From NCBI GenBank assembly GCA_964453995.1, contig CAYVQC010000007.1, positions 16,815-80,814 of the forward strand: a DNA stretch of 64,000 nt. The letters run 5' to 3'. The translations under genes and the position numbers were made by a program. The notes under the pieces were generated by a model. It had not been told where the DNA came from. It saw only the letters and a program-made list of their open reading frames with translations, and searched no databases. Shown piece by piece: positions 1-10,081 of the stretch. Position 1 is the stretch's first letter. Each line of letters begins with the position of its first letter. This DNA comes from an uncultured Bacteroidales bacterium (GTDB taxonomy: Bacteria > Bacteroidota > Bacteroidia > Bacteroidales > UBA7960).

Positions 1-1
1 T

Positions 2-766
2 ACAGGGAAAGGGCTGGAGTATGGTGGCAGCCTTATCCGTCCTGAAGCTACTGGCTACGGATGTGTATATTTTGCCCAGGAGATGCTTGCTACCATTAAC
101 GAAGGATTTAAAGGCAAAATAGTAGCCGTCAGCGGATCAGGAAATGTGGCCCAGTTTGCTACCGAAAAAGTAATTGAGTTGGGCGGAAAGGTAGTTACCC
201 TGTCAGACTCCTCTGGCTACATCTATGATAAGGATGGTATTGACAGTGAAAAACTGGCCTGGGTGATGGATCTGAAAAACAACAGACGCGGACGTTTGCG
301 CGAATATGCCGACCATTTTGGATGCAAATATGTAGAAGGCGTAAGCAGGCCATGGGCCGAAAAATGCGATATTGCATTGCCTTGCGCTACTGAAAATGAA
401 ATCAATGGTAAAGAAGCCAAAACACTTATCGATAATGGTTGTATTTGTGTAAGTGAAGGAGCCAATATGCCTTCAACCCCCGATGCGGTTGAGTTGTATC
501 TCGAGAATAAGATCCTGTATGGCCCCGGCAAGGCGGCCAATGCCGGGGGAGTTGCCACCTCGGGTCTTGAAATGAGCCAAAATTCCCTCAGGCTTTCCTG
601 GACCAGGGAGGAAGTAGATCAGCGCCTGCATAATATTATGATCAATATTCATAAGGCCTGCGTTGAATTTGGCAAAGAGGGTGATTTTGTGAATTATGTA
701 AAAGGTGCTAATATTGGCGGTTTTGTAAAAGTTGCCGATGCCATGATAGCACAAGGTTACGTATAA
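2..766 (+). CDS. gdhA: Glutamate dehydrogenase, C-terminal ~255 aa (5' end lies outside the window)
   Basis: Track ORF 83..766 stays open in the same frame back to base 2. The upstream in-frame translation reads TGKGLEYGGSLIRPEATGYGCVYFAQEM, followed by GKIVAVSGSGNVAQ (Rossmann loop). Both are hallmark Glu/Leu/Phe/Val dehydrogenase motifs. Confidence 0.9.
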   Translation, partial: TGKGLEYGGSLIRPEATGYGCVYFAQEMLATINEGFKGKIVAVSGSGNVAQFATEKVIELGGKVVTLSDSSGYIYDKDGIDSEKLAWVMDLKNNRRGRLREYADHFGCKYVEGVSRPWAEKCDIALPCATENEINGKEAKTLIDNGCICVSEGANMPSTPDAVELYLENKILYGPGKAANAGGVATSGLEMSQNSLRLSWTREEVDQRLHNIMINIHKACVEFGKEGDFVNYVKGANIGGFVKVADAMIAQGYV

Positions 767-795
767 CGTTTTTTTGTTTGTAATTATAAGGTGAT

Positions 796-840
796 GAAAG
801 GCTGCTCGCCAGAGTATCTTACCGGGGTGGGCAGCCTTTC
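796..840. terminator. Hairpin between convergent gdhA and the trmJ-like gene (possible bidirectional terminator)
   Basis: Perfect 10-bp inverted repeat gaaaggctgc (796..805) / gcagcctttc (831..840) with a 25-nt loop. A T-rich tail (ttattatt) follows. Confidence 0.4.
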
Positions 841-915
841 TTATTATTGTGGTGGCAAATGCGAACTCAAACGAAGCAAAGCAGGGGTTGCAGAGAAGAT
901 GCTGCAGGGCAAGAT

Positions 916-1620
916 CTATTTGAGCCGCCCATGATATTTTTTCAGGTAATATTTACAAAAGGAGTGAAAAAGGTTGATGTCGTCCTTGTTAAGCAGATTT
1001 AATCTTTCCATGATGCGTGGATAGATAAGGTTGTCGGGGTGCAATTCCACATCAGCAAGGATTTGTTGGGCCTTTTGCCTTACAATGGGAAATTCTGCCT
1101 TTACCGGCTCTTTGGAAATTTTTTTCTTCCACGAAAGGGTAAGCTTGCTCAGGTACGTGGCATACACCATAACGGATTGTGCCAGGTTTAGAGAGGGATA
1201 CTTACGGTACATGGGAATGGTGGTGAGCAAATGGCATTGTGCAAGCTGTTCGTTGCTGAGCCCTGATTCCTCGCTGCCAAAAACAATGGCCACTTTTTCA
1301 ATGGTATTGCCCTTTTCCAGGATTATATCCGGCAGTTCTTCCACCGGATGGTAGGTTTCGGCCACATTTCTCTTTTTGGCCGTGGATCCTACCACCAGGT
1401 CGATTTCTTCAACAGCCTCCCCGAGGGAGGGGAAGATCAGGGCATTTTCCAGTATATCGTTAGATGCGTGGGCAGTAGCCCTGGCTTTATCGCCAAGGTG
1501 GTTTGCAATAGGGGCAACCAGGTAGAGGTTAAAAATACCCATGGTTTTAAGAGCCCTGGCAGCGGCTCCTATGTTTTCTTCGCGTGCGGGGTTGGCCAAC
1601 ACAAAAATAAGTTCAGGCAA
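916..1620 (-). CDS. trmJ: SpoU/TrmH-class RNA 2'-O-methyltransferase, TrmJ-like
   Basis: 234 aa. The N-terminus ELIFVLANPAREENIGAAARALKTMGIFNLYLVAP parallels E. coli TrmJ ([23 protein letters not shown].NLWLV). A SPOUT-type C-terminal half (IVFGSEESGLSNE) follows. Confidence 0.75.
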   Translation of the reverse strand: MPELIFVLANPAREENIGAAARALKTMGIFNLYLVAPIANHLGDKARATAHASNDILENALIFPSLGEAVEEIDLVVGSTAKKRNVAETYHPVEELPDIILEKGNTIEKVAIVFGSEESGLSNEQLAQCHLLTTIPMYRKYPSLNLAQSVMVYATYLSKLTLSWKKKISKEPVKAEFPIVRQKAQQILADVELHPDNLIYPRIMERLNLLNKDDINLFHSFCKYYLKKYHGRLK

Positions 1621-1703
1621 TGCTATACAAATTTAGGGTTTGTAATGATCAAACCAGTTCAATGGTGCAAAGATAAGAAATGGGTTTATTTGAAAAGATT
1701 TAC

Positions 1704-2432
1704 TCAAGAGTAGCGTTGCATCATTACCTTATTGTATCGGTCCCGGATGGCTTTGAGCTGGTCCAGGGTAAGATTTTCGCGGTAAACCCTTACCAGTTCG
1801 TTGATCATGCCGTTTTCCATAAAGGCTGCCCTTGCGGCATCGAAAAACAACAGATTGGTGTCGTATTTAACCTCCAGGGTAATGGCCTTGAAGTCCTCCC
1901 AGGTAACATAGGTGGGTATAGTGAAGTAAGCGCGGTGCAGGTTTGCTTCTTCAAGATACAATCCAGCATCCGTGGGTACAAAACGGAAGAATTTGTTGAG
2001 GCTGATTATACCCATTTGGTTTTTGATTCTGCGGCCATTTTTTTTGAGCCTGATTCCCAATTGCTCAAACATCTCCTGAACTGCATGAATCTGGTTGTAG
2101 CGCTTCAGGTTATGCATACGTATTACACGCAAATGTTCATTGCCCACAGCAATGGTGCCGGGAGCAGCATCCAGGTGTGTATAGCAACTGGCTCTTATGG
2201 TTTGCAAAACGCGAAAGATTTGTTCCTGGCTATAATACTGATCCAAAACCCAATACAGGTATTCAGGTTTATCTTCTCTGAGCTGATCGGCATAATATCC
2301 AAAGAAAGGTGCATTAGACTCAAGGATGTTTATTTGAAGATCCAGATTGTCATCAGTAATGGTAGAAAGAGGCTCTTCCTTGGTGAGCCAGCCGTATTTT
2401 TCAATAACCTTTTGCGATGGTGCAGCTTCCAT
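1704..2432 (-). CDS. Hypothetical protein, 242 aa, no family recognised
   Basis: The composition is balanced and protein-like. I chose it over the fully overlapping antisense ORF 1680..2510 (+), which is Cys/Phe-rich and low in complexity. Confidence 0.6.
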   Translation of the reverse strand: MEAAPSQKVIEKYGWLTKEEPLSTITDDNLDLQINILESNAPFFGYYADQLREDKPEYLYWVLDQYYSQEQIFRVLQTIRASCYTHLDAAPGTIAVGNEHLRVIRMHNLKRYNQIHAVQEMFEQLGIRLKKNGRRIKNQMGIISLNKFFRFVPTDAGLYLEEANLHRAYFTIPTYVTWEDFKAITLEVKYDTNLLFFDAARAAFMENGMINELVRVYRENLTLDQLKAIRDRYNKVMMQRYS

Positions 2433-2535
2433 AATGCCTTGTTTTTATCTTTTAGCAGCCTTAAAGGTAGGTTAAAAATGTGGAAAAAGCAATACAAGAG
2501 CTCACTTTGATCCCTTGTATTGCGCATGTCTTTAC

Positions 2536-3345
2536 TTATTCTGTTTTGTGCCAGTGAACATCCATTTGAGGAAAAGGAATATTAAGACCTTCAAGGGCAA
2601 AAGTTTTATAGATCTTTTCATTCATGTCTAAAAACAAGTCCCCGAAATCTTCAGCTTTTGTCCAGGCTCTCACAGTTAAATTTACAGAGCTATCGGCCAG
2701 TTCGCCCAAAGCAACAAAAGGTTCCGGGTCTTTTAACACTCTGTTATCTTCGTTCAATAGCCTAAGAATTACCTCTTTCGCTTTGTCATAGCTATCGCCG
2801 TAGGCAATGCCAAAGGTCCAGTCGGCCCGGCGAAGCGGCTTTACCGAATAATTGATTAGTGAATTGGTTGCCAGCCCACTGTTGGGAATGATAATGGTAA
2901 CATTTTGTGGAGTTTTCAGATAGGTAACAAAAATCTGGATCTCCTCCACTGTACCTGAATGCCCCTGTGCCGTGATGAAGTCACCCACTTTGAAAGGCTT
3001 GAAGATCAGGATGATGACCCCGCCGGCAAAATTTTGTAATGTGCCCGATAATGCCAAACCAATGGCCAAACCTGCGGCAGCCAAAATGGCAATAAAAGAG
3101 GTCATTTGTATTCCTACCATCCCCATTACACTTACCACCAACAATACCTTGAGAAGTATTGACACAAGTGACTTAAGAAAGGGTTTCAGGGAAACATCAA
3201 TATTTCTTTTTTCCAATGATTTACCAAACCAACTTGTAAACCATCCAATTAACTGCAAACCCACCAGAAGGACAATTATAGCACCCACAAATCGAGGGGC
3301 ATATTCCCAAACCATAACCATCAATTGATCAGCATAATTTTCCAT
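2536..3345 (-). CDS. Small-conductance mechanosensitive channel (MscS family)
   Basis: 269 aa. Three N-terminal TM helices are followed by IILIFKPFKVGDFITAQGHSGTVEEIQIFVTYLKTPQNVTIIIPNS, the MscS beta-domain signature. Confidence 0.85.
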   Translation of the reverse strand: MENYADQLMVMVWEYAPRFVGAIIVLLVGLQLIGWFTSWFGKSLEKRNIDVSLKPFLKSLVSILLKVLLVVSVMGMVGIQMTSFIAILAAAGLAIGLALSGTLQNFAGGVIILIFKPFKVGDFITAQGHSGTVEEIQIFVTYLKTPQNVTIIIPNSGLATNSLINYSVKPLRRADWTFGIAYGDSYDKAKEVILRLLNEDNRVLKDPEPFVALGELADSSVNLTVRAWTKAEDFGDLFLDMNEKIYKTFALEGLNIPFPQMDVHWHKTE

Positions 3346-3413
3346 ACATCGAAGAATTAAGTTTTAAAAATATTAAATCTATCAAATATAACTAAAAATA
3401 TTGCTGATTGGCG

Positions 3414-3444
3414 ACAAAAAAAGCCCCAAACCATGATTTGGAGC
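3414..3444 (-). terminator. Intrinsic terminator of the TonB-receptor/lipoprotein operon
   Basis: On the minus strand the RNA reads GCUCCAAA-UCAUGG-UUUGGGGC (8-bp stem with one G:U pair). A U-run follows, seen as the plus-strand A-run at 3414..3422. The element lies about 40 nt downstream of the stop of 3485..5152. Confidence 0.6.
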
Positions 3445-3484
3445 TTTTTATCATATTTTATGCAAAGGTATTGGTAAAGGGACT

Positions 3485-5152
3485 TTACTGGCCTTCGTAA
3501 AGTTTTACATTGTCTACCCTGAAATTTCCTGTTTGTCCGTTGGAATTGCTTCCTTCGTATCTCCAGGCAATGTAAGCAATACCTTCGAAGGCAGAAAGGT
3601 CAATAAAGCCTGAATGAACCCATTCGTTATCGGGGGAAGAGCCATCAGCCAGTGTTGCCTCCAGCGTTTGCCACTGGGCTGTTTCGATGTTGTTGCCATC
3701 GTAGTCAGTACTGATGAAAAGACTAAATCCGGGATGGGTGTAAAAAGCCTGTGCTGATTCAAATTCAAATACCGGATCGGTCATGGCATCAAGGTCGATG
3801 GGTGGAGTAATAAGCCACATGATATTTGTATCATCGTTGGAGTTGTATGCAGTTGCCTGCGCATAGTGGTTGTCCTGGAAAGTACGGCATATCCATATCC
3901 TGCTTCCATCCTGTGCAATGGTAGACCATCCGTTTTGATTGATGGTACCGTGGTCTTCATAAGACTGAAAATCCTCATCAATAGAAGTAACTACATCAGG
4001 GTCTGTACCATTCTCATCTTCGGGCCAGTATTCGCTCGCATCCCTTAGGCCGGGATTGGAACCAAAATAGTTTGCCAGCCTACCCCTGATTTTTACGTAG
4101 GTTCCAAGTCTGTCGCCATTATCTACCAGGTTGAGGGCATTTCTTACTTCGCCGGCAGGCAGTTGCACATACAACAGTGCATTGAGGGCTGTTTCATCGG
4201 GCGATTCGGCCAACAGCAGGTTGGAGTTGGTTTGAAACGGGGGCGCAAAAGTTTCCTGGAAAGGATCAGATGATGTTTCCATCACCCCTACAATGTATCC
4301 TTCCACCCAGGCATTTTCGTCAGCCTGGTTGTTGATGGCATAGGCAACATTGTAAGGATCTTCAAAAGTTCCTGTTCCGCTCTCGCCTGTGTTAATTATA
4401 CATCTTTCATTGTCCATATCCAGTTCCCGGGGATCGCGGATGACCAGCTGCCAGGTATCGTCGTACTGACTTACAATGGCAATGAGGCTTCCATTTCCTT
4501 CAGGAATAAGGTCATCGGCAAAGTCGGCATAGCCACTTGAGCGTACAATAATCTGGTTGTTTTCACAATCTTGCAGCGTTCTGTTCATGCTTTGCTGATT
4601 GGCAGCATCGGCCCAGGTGGATCCCAGTTCAGAACTTAAAAACTGTACATTGGAAATTTCTACCAATTGTGCCTGGTGATTTCCTTCCAGGATCTGGGGT
4701 ATGGTAACCAGTTCGGGCTGCATATACTTGTCACTTTCCTGGATGACTACATTGGAGGAGCCATCAATAGAGTCAAGCTGAAGCATATTGCGAAAATAGC
4801 TTAGTACCCCCCCTTTCAGGGCAACCCTTATGGAGTCGCCCACTTCGATATCAGCGCTTACATGCATGCGCATGTTGATGCCTGCTGTAGCATCCTGGAT
4901 GTAGGCCTGCCGGTAAATGTTGCCATTTTTTTCGTCCATGGTTACAACGGCAAAGACCTGTTTGCCAGAGTTTTCAAACCGGTAGGTTTGCCCGGAAGTG
5001 ATCATTGCGCGCAATTCTGCCAAGGTGATAATGCTGTCAGGAGAGAGGGTTTCAATAGGAGGAATATCCTGTTCTTCTGTGTTGCAATTGGCCAGCAAAA
5101 GGGAGACTGCCACCAACGACATTACTTTGAATATATTTTTGAGAGATATCAT
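3485..5152 (-). CDS. Surface lipoprotein: DUF5689-like N-terminal unit, middle OB-like module, C-terminal choice-of-anchor J / MAM-like domain
   Basis: The lipobox is SLLLAN-C, followed by acidic CNTEEQD. The N-terminal ~210 aa is paralogous to unit 1 of 5195..7180 (NIYRQAYIQD vs NIYRTAFLQD; IIVRSSGYADFADDLIPEGNGSL vs IIVRTSGYASFADDTIPEGNGSI). The C-terminus (DEDFQSY..GWSTIA..MWLITPPIDL..ISTDYDG..AQWQTL..IAWRYEG..FRVDNVKLY) fits the choice-of-anchor J pattern as I recall it. Confidence 0.75.
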   Translation of the reverse strand: MISLKNIFKVMSLVAVSLLLANCNTEEQDIPPIETLSPDSIITLAELRAMITSGQTYRFENSGKQVFAVVTMDEKNGNIYRQAYIQDATAGINMRMHVSADIEVGDSIRVALKGGVLSYFRNMLQLDSIDGSSNVVIQESDKYMQPELVTIPQILEGNHQAQLVEISNVQFLSSELGSTWADAANQQSMNRTLQDCENNQIIVRSSGYADFADDLIPEGNGSLIAIVSQYDDTWQLVIRDPRELDMDNERCIINTGESGTGTFEDPYNVAYAINNQADENAWVEGYIVGVMETSSDPFQETFAPPFQTNSNLLLAESPDETALNALLYVQLPAGEVRNALNLVDNGDRLGTYVKIRGRLANYFGSNPGLRDASEYWPEDENGTDPDVVTSIDEDFQSYEDHGTINQNGWSTIAQDGSRIWICRTFQDNHYAQATAYNSNDDTNIMWLITPPIDLDAMTDPVFEFESAQAFYTHPGFSLFISTDYDGNNIETAQWQTLEATLADGSSPDNEWVHSGFIDLSAFEGIAYIAWRYEGSNSNGQTGNFRVDNVKLYEGQ

Positions 5153-5194
5153 AACTTATTTCTTTTGGATGGTAAGGTTCCTGTTAAGGCGTTA

Positions 5195-7180
5195 TTATTC
5201 AATATCATTTAGGTTGCGGATTACAATCTGAGGATCGTCAAATACACTTACAATGGCGGTAATACTCACTGCTTCCGAGGGAATTTGTTCTCCGGAAAAA
5301 CTTGCCTGTGACCGGGTGTACATGGCAATGCTGCCGGTACTGTCTGTTACCGTTTTTTCGCCATTGTAGGTAGTACCTCCGCTAATGGTGGCATTTTCAA
5401 TGGTTACCAGCTTTCCTTCCATGGTATCCATGTTTTCAAGTATGTTGCTGATGGTGGTAACCTCGGGCTCGGGAAAAATACCGGTTTCAAGCAATTCGGC
5501 ATTTCCTGTGGGAATATTGTTAATTTGCAGCAAGCCTCTGTAGGTTGACAATTCTGCGTTGCCTACAAAGATTCTCACTTTGTCGCCAAGGTTCAGATTA
5601 TGGCCGGAAGAAAATCTGAGGGCCATACCGCCACTATCGTCCTGAGCAAAGGCATTGCTTGATGCCACATTCCCATTGTCATTATCAGAGGTAATCACTA
5701 CTTCTATTGACTTTCCTTCAGGAACAGTATTGGCACCGTCGTTAAAAAGGCTCCGCAGTTCGGCCAGGGTGATCAGATCGGCTTCGCCGGGATCGTATTC
5801 TCCTACATACTCCAGGTCTTCAAGGCTTCTCAGCTGCAATTGTACGCCATTGTAGTAGGAAGCAATGGCAACAACATTGTAGATACCGCCGGTAACAGGG
5901 GTTTGTGCAAAGCTGGCCCAGTCGTAGGTACGCATAATTACAGAGGCTGTGCCATCCGTTACATTAATATTTCCTGCCCACGAATTTCCTGGTGGAATAA
6001 CCACATTTTCGATATAAACCAGTGTTGATTCAAACGATTCGAAGTTCTCCACCATATTGAGCATTGTGGTGGTTTGGGGATCGGGAACAGGTGCATCACC
6101 CAGCACATAGCCATTGCCAAGGGGTATATTGTTGATCTGCAGCAAGCCTTCAAAGCGTTCAATGGGAAGGTTTCCTAACATAACCCTCAGGTTGCTGCCA
6201 AGTTCGAATTCATGGAAGCTGGCAAAACGCAGGGCAATTCCATCGCCATTCTCATCCATGAGGAAGAGGTTTTGTCCGGGATGATTTTCATGAACCTGGT
6301 CAGAGATCACAACTCCTTCCAGCCTTCGATTGGCGGGTACTGTAAAGATACCTTGTGATTCAAGTTCCCTGATGTCGGCAATGGTAATAGGCTCCATGTC
6401 TTCACCCGGAATGGGGCATCGATCTCCCTGGAGCTGAACCTCATCAATATCTCTGATAAAGAGTTGTTTCTCATCGCGAAACTGCGCCAGGATAGCTACA
6501 ATACTGCCGTTTCCTTCGGGGATGGTGTCGTCGGCAAAACTGGCATACCCGCTTGTCCTTACAATGATCTCATTGCCTTCACAGTCGCGGAGGATACGGT
6601 TTTCGGAGAGCAATTCCTCTTTGTTGGCATAGGTTTCGCCCAGTTCTGACTGGTTAAATTCTACACCTTCAAGCCGTATGAGCTTAGCCTGGTAGGCAGG
6701 ATTGCTCAGAAGGGTATTGATATCGGTAAGTTCGGGTTCTACATGCACCTGGGTGGCAAGTTTTGTTATATGATTACCCACATGCAGTGAATCAATCTGT
6801 AGCATGTTTTCGTGGGCATTGATGCGGGTACCGTTGAGGTTTATCCTTACCGAGTCTCCTTCATACAATCCGCCGGGGGAAAGGATTCTCAGGCTGATGG
6901 CAGCAGTATGGTCCTGCAGAAAAGCCGTTCTGTATATATTTCCAGAAGAGCCATCCATGGTAATTACTCCTGTTACAGAAAGATTTTCATTGACCCTGAT
7001 GGGGTCGGGGCCCAGGTCCTGGTAAAGCTGTCGCAGGTCAGCAATGGTATGTACTTCGCCTAAGGGGATTTCGAGTGGTTCGGGTTTTTCAAAGTCATGA
7101 TCCACGCAGGCATTGAATAACAGCAAAACTGCTACTGCAATAAAATTTATCCGTGATAATTTGTGAATTATATTTTTCAT
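5195..7180 (-). CDS. Surface lipoprotein made of three tandem DUF5689-like two-module units
   Basis: The lipobox is LLLFNA-C, followed by CVDHDFE. There are three internal units (aa 43-248, 264-456, 468-661). Each begins (T/I)(I/L)A(D/E)(L/I)R and carries an LQI(D/N) motif at the end of its first module. Confidence 0.75.
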   Translation of the reverse strand: MKNIIHKLSRINFIAVAVLLLFNACVDHDFEKPEPLEIPLGEVHTIADLRQLYQDLGPDPIRVNENLSVTGVITMDGSSGNIYRTAFLQDHTAAISLRILSPGGLYEGDSVRINLNGTRINAHENMLQIDSLHVGNHITKLATQVHVEPELTDINTLLSNPAYQAKLIRLEGVEFNQSELGETYANKEELLSENRILRDCEGNEIIVRTSGYASFADDTIPEGNGSIVAILAQFRDEKQLFIRDIDEVQLQGDRCPIPGEDMEPITIADIRELESQGIFTVPANRRLEGVVISDQVHENHPGQNLFLMDENGDGIALRFASFHEFELGSNLRVMLGNLPIERFEGLLQINNIPLGNGYVLGDAPVPDPQTTTMLNMVENFESFESTLVYIENVVIPPGNSWAGNINVTDGTASVIMRTYDWASFAQTPVTGGIYNVVAIASYYNGVQLQLRSLEDLEYVGEYDPGEADLITLAELRSLFNDGANTVPEGKSIEVVITSDNDNGNVASSNAFAQDDSGGMALRFSSGHNLNLGDKVRIFVGNAELSTYRGLLQINNIPTGNAELLETGIFPEPEVTTISNILENMDTMEGKLVTIENATISGGTTYNGEKTVTDSTGSIAMYTRSQASFSGEQIPSEAVSITAIVSVFDDPQIVIRNLNDIE

Positions 7181-7240
7181 TATGATATGTTTTGCATTGA
7201 GTAAATGTTCTTTTTTTTTACGGAAGGAAAGCCTATACCA

Positions 7241-9826
7241 TCACATCCTGAAAGAAAGATTGATGAAGAAGGTTCTTCCGTAGAGGTAGAAATATTTTGA
7301 GGGGAAGCTGTCGATACTGTTGCTGTCGTACCTGAGTTGTTCAAAGCCTCCCATGGCAAATTCCCTGTTATCAAGAACATTGCTGACGCTCATATTAAGG
7401 TTGATGAAGTATTCCCTGCGGATTCGCCAGGACTTTCCACCGAAAACATCGAGGGTAATAGCGGACTGCATTTTTTCCTGGTCTATAACCTGCTGCCAGC
7501 CCGGATCGGTATCTACAAAACCACTTATGGCTTCGGCGGTGCGACGGTCAGGATTGATGTCGATATAAATATCGTCGAAATAATTGAGGTTGGTACCAAT
7601 GAACCAATACCTGGAAGAATTGTACCTAAGGCCTGCTGAAGCGGCGGTATGTGTTAGTCCACCCACTTTATAGTTTTCCCAGTATACTGTTCTTTCCTGT
7701 GCAAGGAGTTCACGGTCGTTGTCGCGGGTAATATTTACTGTGGGCCTGCTGGAATAGACATAATCTCCGGTACCGCCCACCAGGGAGAGTTCTAAAGAGG
7801 GGGAGAGCTTGATATCCATGCCCAGTTCAACACCCATATGCGTTTGGTCAACGCCGTACATGTTGTAGTTTACGAAAGTACGATACTCCTCATGGTAGAA
7901 ACTTCTGCTCCAGGTTTTATCCCTAAAATCGGTATAAAACAGTGTGAGACGCGATTTAATGAAGGGGCTTCTTATGAGATAGCTTACATCGCCCGACATA
8001 ATGGTTTCATTATTGAGAACGGGCACCAGGTCGTCACGCACTCTGGCCGAAATGTATGCATTGCGGAAATAGGGTGCACGGGTCAAATAGGCAGCATTGG
8101 CAGTGAAATAGTGCCTCCCGGTAAATTTAAAGGTAGTTCCCCCTTTTAGGCCAAAGTTGGTAAAATTCTGCTTTTCACTTTCTCCCAGTGAATTGTCGGG
8201 GAATCTTCCATTTCTCATATGCCCGGTACGCCAGAAGGTTGTTTGTGATACATTGGCGGCCAGGTAAAAATCCCATCGGGGCAAAATCCAATTGCTCTGG
8301 GCAAATAGGTTATATTCGTTGATATTCCCTGTATAGTCATAACCAAAAGTATCACCCTCTGTCACCAGTCTGTTGGGATTATCAAGGTCATTTTGGGCAA
8401 AATCAGGGTCATCGGCATCTCTCAGGGCAAACTGGTCAATATCCAGCCACCAGTCGCCTCCCAGCAGGTCGTCAACCAATTTGTACTGTCGTGTTTTGGC
8501 CAGTGAAACATTTATTCCACCGCTTAGAGTAGTTGTGGGGTTTAGATTTGCTTTTGCAAAACTGTTGAACACAAACTGGCTGCGGTCATTGCGACGGGAT
8601 TCTACCATGTAGATGGACCGGTTTCCTGTAACACTGTTCCCTTCAATACCATTTACATCGGTTTGGGTAAAGAGGTTTTTCATATTGTACTGGTACATCT
8701 TATCCCAGTTGAGTTGGGTGAAAGTAGGATCGTTGAGCCACAGCTCAGTGAATTTATTGAAATTGTAAGGATCATCCTGGTAATAGCTGGGCAAATATCT
8801 GTAATAATCCGGGCGGGGATCATGGCCTTCAAAGGAAAAAACCGGCAGGCCGCCTTCTCCTTCATTGGAAGGCTTGTAAGCATCAGTCCAGTTCAGTGCA
8901 GTGGAGCTTCCCTTTCCAAAGGTATACCCTGCAGAGGTTTGAATATGAATATCGGGAGTAACATCAAAGTAATGGTTAAGCATGAGCCATGGAGTATGAT
9001 AGCTGTTCACCCTGGCATTTCGTTTTTTACCGTTTTGAAAACCCCAGTTGGGATTATAGTAGTTGTTACCGGTAAGATTGTATGCTTCCTGGGTAGCTAC
9101 ACCGGGTCTGCCGGTAGTTGATGGTGCCCCAAAAGCGATGAAACCGATGCTGTGTTTGTTGTTGAGTTTTCTTTCGGCAGAAACAAAATATGCCCAGGCA
9201 TCATAAAAAGTACCTTCTACATACCCTTCCTGCGCCAGGCGACGTGAACCACTAAGGGTTAGGGCCCAGCCATTGTCCTGCATTCCGGTGCTGTGGGTAA
9301 ACATAGCCCTGTGAACATAAGAACGGTTGGAATTAGAATAGGTAAGTCTTGTTGCATTGCTATAAAGCGATGCACGGGTTGTAATATTGGTAGCTCCGCC
9401 AAGGTTACCGAAGTTTTCAGGCGAATGGCCTATACCATTGTAAGATACAGTCATGCGCATGGCATCATTGAGGCCACCCCAGATGGAATAAAACGGGCGT
9501 CCTGTTTCGGGGTCATTTACCGGGATCCCATTGATCATCACCATGGTATTCTCATTTTGGTATCCACGGATACGATAGCGGGCCACACCAAAATTGTATC
9601 CGGCTGTTGAAACGTAAATATCGCGCGATCCTTGTAAAAGGCTCGAAATGTCCTGCGATTCATTGTCTTCTTCAATATCTTCTATACTGATGACAGGAAG
9701 TTCTGATTCCCTGGTACGTTCTATTTCCAGTGTATCAGCCTGTTGTTCTTCGGCAGGGGTTTGTGAAAACAAGAAGCTGCCAGACAAAAGCAGAATTGCA
9801 GATAGAATGAAAAATGTTTTATTCAT
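7241..9826 (-). CDS. TonB-dependent outer-membrane receptor (no SusD-like partner)
   Basis: 861 aa with a signal peptide. The N-terminus is plug-like (SSLLQGSRDIYVSTAGYNFGVARYRIRGYQNENTMVMINGIPVNDPETG). A long Gly/aromatic-rich barrel region follows. The gaps to the two downstream lipoprotein genes are 60 nt and 42 nt. Confidence 0.8.
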   Translation of the reverse strand: MNKTFFILSAILLLSGSFLFSQTPAEEQQADTLEIERTRESELPVISIEDIEEDNESQDISSLLQGSRDIYVSTAGYNFGVARYRIRGYQNENTMVMINGIPVNDPETGRPFYSIWGGLNDAMRMTVSYNGIGHSPENFGNLGGATNITTRASLYSNATRLTYSNSNRSYVHRAMFTHSTGMQDNGWALTLSGSRRLAQEGYVEGTFYDAWAYFVSAERKLNNKHSIGFIAFGAPSTTGRPGVATQEAYNLTGNNYYNPNWGFQNGKKRNARVNSYHTPWLMLNHYFDVTPDIHIQTSAGYTFGKGSSTALNWTDAYKPSNEGEGGLPVFSFEGHDPRPDYYRYLPSYYQDDPYNFNKFTELWLNDPTFTQLNWDKMYQYNMKNLFTQTDVNGIEGNSVTGNRSIYMVESRRNDRSQFVFNSFAKANLNPTTTLSGGINVSLAKTRQYKLVDDLLGGDWWLDIDQFALRDADDPDFAQNDLDNPNRLVTEGDTFGYDYTGNINEYNLFAQSNWILPRWDFYLAANVSQTTFWRTGHMRNGRFPDNSLGESEKQNFTNFGLKGGTTFKFTGRHYFTANAAYLTRAPYFRNAYISARVRDDLVPVLNNETIMSGDVSYLIRSPFIKSRLTLFYTDFRDKTWSRSFYHEEYRTFVNYNMYGVDQTHMGVELGMDIKLSPSLELSLVGGTGDYVYSSRPTVNITRDNDRELLAQERTVYWENYKVGGLTHTAASAGLRYNSSRYWFIGTNLNYFDDIYIDINPDRRTAEAISGFVDTDPGWQQVIDQEKMQSAITLDVFGGKSWRIRREYFINLNMSVSNVLDNREFAMGGFEQLRYDSNSIDSFPSKYFYLYGRTFFINLSFRM

Positions 9827-10081
9827 AAAGCGTTTTGTTGATAAATTGATGTTTGATTGTGATTACCGGGTCGGGACAGTGTGCCCCGATCCTGTTTGTA
9901 AGAAGTTTGGGCAGATAGGATTGGTCAAATAGCATATTATAGTACTTCAGCCCGGGATTATTTTCATCATGGAGGGTGGCTGCTAATGACCTATCGTATG
10001 TATAATTATTTAATTGCAATACGTAATGACTATACGTTATTTTTTTATTGAGGATAAAAGAAATACCTTTCCTGTAAAATG

